DNA of 62,400 bases, filler included, from Sluysia triapertura (taxonomy: Eukaryota), in assembly GCA_046118255.1 (NCBI GenBank). It is 5 parts of 5 records of this genome, joined end to end, with 100 filler letters (N's around TTAATTAATTAA, not from the genome) between each part and the next. Parts side by side here need not be neighbours in the genome. Positions count along the whole stretch, not along the records: positions 50,587 to 62,400 come from JBJNIA010168369.1; 4 more parts are not named here. The stretch is one strand, 5' to 3'. The stretch's first letter is position 1. Every line of letters begins with the position of its first letter. A program made the position numbers and the translations under genes. Of this stretch, positions 55,130-62,400 are shown piece by piece. The notes beneath the pieces are model-generated. The model was not told the origin of the DNA and searched no databases. It saw nothing but the letters and a program-made list of their open reading frames with translations.

Positions 55130-56620
55130 TAAAAAGAAAAGTTTTTTATACTTCAGAAATACTAAAAATAATTTAATTGAAACGTTTCGAAAAGTTGGAG
55201 GAGTTGACAAAAGATCGTAATGCAGGTCCTTCAACTCGGAAAAGTATGAAAATGTCATCATAAGAAGATTTAGATACAACTATGCCTAAATGGGTTAATC
55301 AAAAGAGAGTAGAAAGAATGCCAATTACAGGCTCTGTAATTGCACATAAAGCCAAATTATTTTATGATTCATTGGAACTAAAAGACGACTTGAACTCATT
55401 TTCTGGATGGCTAACCAGATTTCTGAGCTTTCAATCTAAGGAGAAGGCCTTAGCGGAGATGTTGGCTTCGCTACTAAATTCCGGATGAATTTGAGGACTG
55501 TGTTAAGCAAGTGATTTGAAACCCGACTAAATACATAATGCCGACAAGACAGGCTTATACTGGAAGTGTTTGCCTGCAAAGACATTTGTTTCGCCGAATG
55601 AATCAACGACTCCAGGCCATAAATCCTCTAAAGAACGTATCATAATCATAATCATATCAACGCATCCGGTAATTATAAAATGAAACTTCTCGTGTTTGGA
55701 AAAGCAAAAAACCAACATCATTTAAAGGAATAGAAATAAAGAATCATCCTGTTGACTACTACAATCAAAAAGGAACATAGATCGACAGAAGAATCTTTGA
55801 AGGTTCCCAGAAATTCGAGTTGTTTTAATAAGTAAAGGATTGCCACTGAAGGCAGTACTGTTATTAGGTAATGCTCTTTGTCATCCAAATCAAAGCATAC
55901 TGAAAAGAGACGACAGTCTTATAGCTGCAAAATTTTTACCACCTTATGTAACATCTTTAATTCAACCTATGGATGAAGGAGTTATCTCTTTAATGAAATA
56001 ACATTGTCGCAATGATCTTCTTAGAAGCTTTTGCCGCGAGAATGAAGATTTAATGAATTTATGAAAAAAATGACAATGTTGGATGCAATATACGGAGCTG
56101 TTAAATCTTGGAACAAAATTAAGCCCATAACACTAGTTCTATGGTAGTTGAAAATTTTGTCAAATGTAGAAAGTAATGTTTTGGACTCTATCGAATCTGA
56201 GATATGTAACATTTCAGAATTATGTGAACTAATGAAAAATTTAAATGGATTTGAAAATGTTGATGACCAAAATATTGAGATTTATTTGATGCAGGATTCC
56301 ACATACAGAATATCACGGATATTATTTTAAATCCAAATGAAAATGAAAGTGAGGTAGAAGATATTAACAATCGTATTAGTCACGGCACGGCACTGACTAT
56401 TGTCGATACTTTACTAGAATTCGTCGATCAATGGAGCTTTGACTATAACGATGTAATATCTTTAAGAAAAATTCGAGATATTAAAAAGTCATTGAGAAAT
56501 TCACTTAAATAAAGCATTGAATGTGTTTTCATTGTTTTTGTATTATACTAGTATTGTTTATTATTTTGAGGATTATCCGTGCCGACTCTCACCATCAGCC
56601 TGAATAATCGGGAATTTCAA
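55130..56620 (+). mobile_element. Decayed Tigger/pogo (Jerky-like) DNA transposon
   Basis: CENP-B-type HTH PITGSVIAHKAKLF..SGWLTRF; catalytic-domain motifs IHNADKTGLYWKCLP, AVLLLGNALCHP and FLPPYVTSLIQPMDEGVI. Terminal motif gattatccg...gaataatcggga. Confidence 0.9.
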
Positions 56621-57538
56621 AAAATTAAGAAATAAAAGAAAACAAAATTAGAATAAAAATAATGAAGTTTGCCATAGCTAATTGGTTGGGATATAATTTG
56701 CAACACCAGAAGTGCAAAAATGTAAATTGATAAGACAGATGAAAATGTAAAATAGAGTTAAAGTGGTGTAAATAAAATTATATTGCTACAACATTGATAA
56801 AAAATTAATAAAACGGATGAAAATATGACCAGAATTATGAGAATAAAATTGATTATTGCATGGAGAAAAGTTACCATATAACGGAAAAAATATATGGAAT
56901 ATTTTATTATTATAATATCTTATTATATAATAAAATTGGCTTTTTGGTAAACTTAACTCTAAAGAAAAAATGATTATGGAATTATCATTATAAAAGAATA
57001 AGGAAAATGTCCGGCGATATATCATCAATAAAAAATACCACAATAATATACAAACGAATCGTACCTTTTCTTTGCATTATTAATATTTATCGTCTAAGTT
57101 CAAATTGAAACAAAATTAGAATGAACGCGAACAAAAAAATTAACTAACCAACACAAATCAATGAAAAATGAAACGCATAATGATCCACCTGAATTACCTA
57201 GCCAGATATTGTAGCATAAAATTAAATAATGTTGAAGCAATTGACAATTATATGAATTTAAATTTGCACTTCCACCTTTTCTTTAAATAACAAGTGAAAC
57301 TAACCACCAATATAAAAATTACATGAAAAATCAGTAGTGTCAATAAATATAAGGACTATAAATCGTATAATCATAATTAGTTGATAGCTAATGTATTATT
57401 TATTACCATTATCTAAACATAAACCTGACATAGATAACTGAATAAGCACGATATGCGAAGTACAATGTTAACATAAACTATAATACACTATAAATTTTAT
57501 TGTTCAATATTGGTGACTTTTAATCTTACGTATTTCAG

Positions 57539-57804
57539 AAAAAGTTAGGAGTAGAGGATCTGACATGCAATCAACTGCTAGTTCAACTTCTGCTACAACT
57601 ACTGGTGCAACTACTGGTACAACTACAGGTACAACTACAGGTGCAACTACTGGTACAACTACTGGTACAACTACTGGTACAACTACTGGTACAACTACGG
57701 GTACAACTACTGGTACAACTACTGGTACAACTACTGCTACGACAACTTCTACCACTTATGAAGATGAAACCGATGAAGACTCTGAAACTGATGAATTTTT
57801 TTAA
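57539..57804 (+). CDS. Terminal exon with a (Thr-Thr-Thr-Gly)n repeat and acidic tail
   Basis: Acceptor tatttcag; KVRSRGSDMQSTASSTSA(TTTG-type)n..YEDETDEDSETDEFF*. The 12-bp unit ACAACTACTGGT varies mostly at third codon positions in this frame. Confidence 0.65.
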
Positions 57805-58262
57805 ACTAGATTTAATTTTAAAATGAGTTTGAATAATTTATATAAACAAATGAAAGGAAAATTAATATTAATTTTTTTTAATATTACTAAATCAAAATAT
57901 TTTAATTTTCGTAAGCAAATTTATGTCCAACATATTTGTTGTTACATTTTTTGTAAATATTGATTTTTTTAATTTAAAATTTGCTTTACATTTGTAGTAT
58001 GTATTTATTAGATTTTATTAATAAATTTTTTTTTATTAGATGAATTTTTTTAAACTAGATTTAATTTTAAAATGGTTTGAATAATTTATATAAACAAATG
58101 AAAGGAAAATTAATATTAATTTTTTTTTAATATTACTAAATCAAAATATTTTAATTTTCGTAAGCAAATTTATGTCCAACATATTTGTTACATTTTTTGT
58201 AAATATTGATTTTTTTAATTTAAAATTTGCTTTACATTTGTAGTATGTATTTATTAATAAAT
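57790..58262. repeat. Near-identical tandem duplication, ~249-bp period
   Basis: Copies start at 57790 and 58039 (gatgaatttttttaaactagatt...) and differ by a few small indels. Confidence 0.9.
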
Positions 58263-58941
58263 TTTAGTTCATTTTATGTCGTTTTTACAATTTTTATCCA
58301 AGTTGTATAAAATGCTATTTTTAAAATTCTTGAATATATTTAATGTATAAGCGTAATTTCCAGTACTGCATCGAATAGTTTAGATGTTTTCAGAAATTTG
58401 ATATAAAATGTATTTGATATAAAATTTATTTACATAATCATAAATAAATGTATTAAAGTTATAGTGTACAAAATTTACATTATAAGGAGTTTTTATTTTT
58501 ACTTAAAATATTGATATGTGGTATCAAATAAAAGAGAATTTAAAAGACACTATTTTAGGTGTTTGTAATTTTCTTAACAAAACTATATTTAGTAGGTATT
58601 TATTTCTGTTTCAAACAAGAACGGAAAAAAACTAATTATTAAGACATTTCATGTAAAATAAATAAAGTAAGGTTTATCTTATAATCTCAATAGCAAAATG
58701 ATAATATAATTTTAAATATATTCCGGTTACAGTCTACGCCTTATAACGTTCAGTAAGTGCGTTTGTAAGCTTAGTAGGGGTTATAGCAATTCTCAAAATG
58801 AAAGTTAATATGTTTTAGGTGAATTGTGAGCATTTATTTAATTAGTATATTAATTTTATGAATCTCATAATTTACTTGTCTCACAAATAATAAATCTGTT
58901 AACATTTAATACAACTAAGGTATAATAAACAACAATACATG

Positions 58942-59317
58942 TGTTGGGATTACTCAACTATTGGACATGGAATGAATATAGTATAAATGGAATTGGATAG
59001 ACGCATGAAGACATAAGAAAATATTACTGAAGTAAGAATGAAGTCGAAAACATCTATAATTATTTTAGACATTAAAGAATACCTTAGAGATTCAGAAGAT
59101 CTTTATGATATGAATTACATAAAGGAACTTGAGATTACCTTAAAATTTTTTGAAGCATTATGGATTCTGCTTCAATTCACGACTTAAGAGTACAGTAAGC
59201 GTGTCTGGAGTTAACATAATTATAAAATTTGTAGCACAATTTTCTTTTTAATTTTAACACTTTTCTTTCTAGAAGTTTAACACTTATTAAACCTATCAAT
59301 TTATTTTGTGCTCCAAA
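58942..59317 (+). mobile_element. Solo LTR of the TGTTG family
   Basis: Starts TGTTGGGATT, has CATG on both flanks and shares aaaacatctataat..aaagaatacctta with the 61001 copy. Confidence 0.65.
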
Positions 59318-60352
59318 CATGTAAACAGTATGTTAATTAGTTTTTCTCTGAAAAAATATAGGTATAGTGAAAGTAATACAAGACAATATATTCTTGATAT
59401 ATAAAATCACTAGGATTTTAATTTTTATTTAATGAGATTTTTAGTTTGAGAATAGTATCACTTCTATTAAATGCATTGAGCAATTTTCTATTGTGACTGA
59501 AAATTTTAAATTTCTAAAAAAATTAATTAAACTCTATAAGCGCAGTTTGAGATAATTCTGAGTGCATAACAAATAATCGTAAATGCCCTCGAATAAAATA
59601 AATTATAAATTAATATACTTAAGTTAGGAAGAAATAGTTAAATTATACTTTAAAGATGCTCACTTACAGTTACTGAATACTCTATACTATAAATGAAACT
59701 TACTAAAATTTATTTTTCAGTAGGTATGAATAAGAAAACCANNNNNNNNNNNNNNNNNNNNNNNNNNNNNNNNNNNNNNNNNNNNNNNNNNNNNNNNNNN
59801 NNNNNNNNNNNNNNNNNNNNNNNNNNNNNNNNNNNNNNNNNNNNNNNNNNNNNNNNNNNNNNNNNNNNNNNNNNNNNNNNNNNNNNNNNNNNNNNNNAAT
59901 GGTAATAATTGTAATAAAAACGATTAACGGATAAATCATGTACAACTAAAAATATAGTAATGAGACATTGTGCTTTATGTATAATATCTTTAGACTGCTC
60001 ATGGAAAAAGCTATGAAAACCTTAAAATACGTTTTAAGGTATAAAAGTATATTTGTTATTTAATTTAATTAAAATACGTTTTGTAACACAATTTTGCACT
60101 TAAGTGATATTTTTGTAAAAGCTATATGTCGGTGTAAGAAATAGAAATGTAAATAAAAATAGTAATTGTGAGAAATAGAAAATAAATTTAAGAGTTTATT
60201 TTGAAATAATTAAATTTTAATTACTTTGAAATTATTAAATGATAAAATAGTTGAGAAGAAAATCATTAAAAAATTTTAATTATTAAAACGAAAATCATAA
60301 AACAATTTAATTACTGAATTATAGGTAACAAAAGGTTTATTATTGTTAATAA

Positions 60353-60601
60353 ATGATTTATTATTCTGAAGACAAAAATTTATTTCAAGCTTTAAGACCT
60401 GATTGGCTGAAAGATAATTATAAAGATAATAACGTAAAGAACATAACAATAATTGCTTTAAAAATACTCGAAATTCTCACAGCGTCAATTGTTAATACAG
60501 AAAGGAAAAGGGTAAATCAGGATTTAAAAGTATTCGAAATTATCACAATGTTCTAGGTAATCATTCCAATTTTACATTTATCGACTGTAGCCATAATGAT
60601 C
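60353..60601 (+). CDS. Possible first two exons of an unknown gene
   Basis: ATG ORF to 60511, a 45-nt GT-AG intron, then exon 60557-60601 ending at gtaagt, all in frame. Confidence 0.35.
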
Positions 60602-61000
60602 GTAAGTTTTACTTGAAAGGCTAATCATAAGTAATTAAGATTTAAACTACACTTAAACTCACTCTATTTTTTCAAATTGTTTAAAGGGCAATCTTAAAAT
60701 CAAAACTGAACACTATTATCAATATTAGAAGAAAATTCTAATATTTTAGAATTATTATATTTATTATCCATCTAATAAGAGATTTTTAGTTACAAATATA
60801 TATATTTCTCTGTGTGCTGCGTCTTGAAATTAATATCAATTTAATTTACTTAAATAGAATCTCAAATAATCTCAATATTCAATAGATCAAGCATAACTTG
60901 TAACAAATTTTCTTATTTTAATAATGTTAAAAATTACGCTCTTAATTCAAATTAATAACAATAACTTAATAATATTATAATTACAAAATCAAATCAATAA

Positions 61001-61680
61001 TGTTGGGATTGTCTAACTGTGAATTAGGAGATTAGTAAGAGACATATAGAATCACAAAGTGAAGGAAGAGTTGATACAAAGTGATAGATTGAAATTATAA
61101 ACATTGCTGGAAAAAGTATCATGAAAATAAAAACATCTATAATAATTACAGCTAAAGAATACCTTAACATTCCAAAGAACTTTATGAGGTGTCGAGGCCT
61201 TGTAGAGGCTTGAAGTGTACCTGAAAAGTCTTTGAAATTATTAAAACACCTTTGAACTTGTTAATATTGAGATCATCCCAGACCTTATTAATCTTTAAGT
61301 ATTTTTGAGACCTTGATAAGCATCTAAGATCTTTGAGTAATATTATAAAGTGTATAAAATCTTTAAAATATTTGAAAAATAAAATAATTGTTCAACATTA
61401 TAAAGATAAGTTTAATATGGTAATAATTAACATGAAGAAGTAGAAAAAGGAATCAGAGAGGTGAAGGTGAAAACATCTAGAGCTTCCTGAATGTCTCATA
61501 AACTACTAAATAGCTTTAGGACCTCAATAAAACCTTTAAACATAGAATAATAGATTCATTAGTTAAAATCTTAATTAACTTAATTAAGAAAAATTACGTT
61601 TTTGTGAATAACTTTTGAATGCGAAATGCTTTTAAATTTGAAACTGTGTATGTATTTGTTTTGAAAGGACCTCTTGATGA
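61001..61680 (+). mobile_element. LTR of the TGTTG family plus adjacent repeat sequence
   Basis: Starts TGTTGGGATTGTC (cf. TGTTGAGATTGTC at 28636). 61560-61670 matches 24800-24900. Confidence 0.65.
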
Positions 61681-62400
61681 AGATATGGTTTGACAGAATT
61701 CATGCAAGGAGAGCCTTAATATCGAGTCAAGTCAATTTTTAATTAGGAATGTTGAATTTTTAATACTTAGAGTGATGCAAATGTGATGAACGGAATATGA
61801 GATGATTGCTATGAAAGAGAATCTATAAGTTAGTTTGAAATGTTTGTAGAATGGTTTGTTTGAGAATAATAATCTTAAACATATTTTCATTAGAAAATGT
61901 GCATGAAAAATTGAAAATCAATTAAATTCTAAAAAGTGAAATTAAATTCATTATTTTTATGCATTTTAATAATATTGCTGATTGTTATTTTAATTTGAGA
62001 AGTAATTTAAATAAAAATAGATTGAGTAGAGTCAAAGAAAATGATGGTTGATAATAAATCAAGTTTCTATGTTTTGTACCTATTACATTTTTACAGATTG
62101 TCAAAGTTGTTATTGTCGGTCTAATTCTCAAAGAGGTTTTGATGATTTGCGTAAGAGAGTGTTTGATTGTGAGACTTGAGATTGATTGGATGATGAGAGT
62201 ATAAAATGAAAATTGTTGTGTCTTTTATACCTTTTTTACTTTATAACTTATTAATCAAAACCCAATAACTAAACAAATTCAGAATATCGATATATTCTTT
62301 GAATTATCACAAAATTACAATTGAAAGATATAAATTATTCTTTATAACAACGACAATACAAAGTACTCTTTATAACAAAATACAAATTATTCTCTATAAC

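Noticed and set aside
57504-57826. Alternative-frame ORFs over the 12-bp repeat (VVPV and LLVQ frames)
   Set aside because: By-products of the repeat; the splice acceptor and third-position variation favour the TTTG frame.

Overview
Very AT-rich eukaryotic, most likely invertebrate, genomic DNA with many very short (35-45 nt) GT-AG introns. It is assembled from pieces joined by four artificial 100-bp spacers (N44-TTAATTAATTAA-N44), so continuity across those spacers is unproven. Host features include the 5' end of a tRNA gene at the window start, the last exon of a probable Rab GTPase (CxC end), a multi-exon RhoGAP gene, a death-domain terminal exon, a micro-intron orphan gene, a frameshifted CCCH zinc-finger locus and a Thr/Gly-repeat terminal exon. 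Much of the rest is transposon debris: a decayed Ty3/Gypsy pol with two nested solo LTRs, plus mariner, Tigger/pogo and L2/CR1 LINE remnants. The most striking object (2.4-8.2 kb, minus strand) is an LTR retroelement with a PBS, a Ty3/Gypsy-type Gag (CCHC knuckle), a long unknown region with an AT-hook and a chuvirus-like envelope glycoprotein. It has no detectable protease, RT, RNase H or integrase. All assignments come from motif recognition by eye; no database searches were run.
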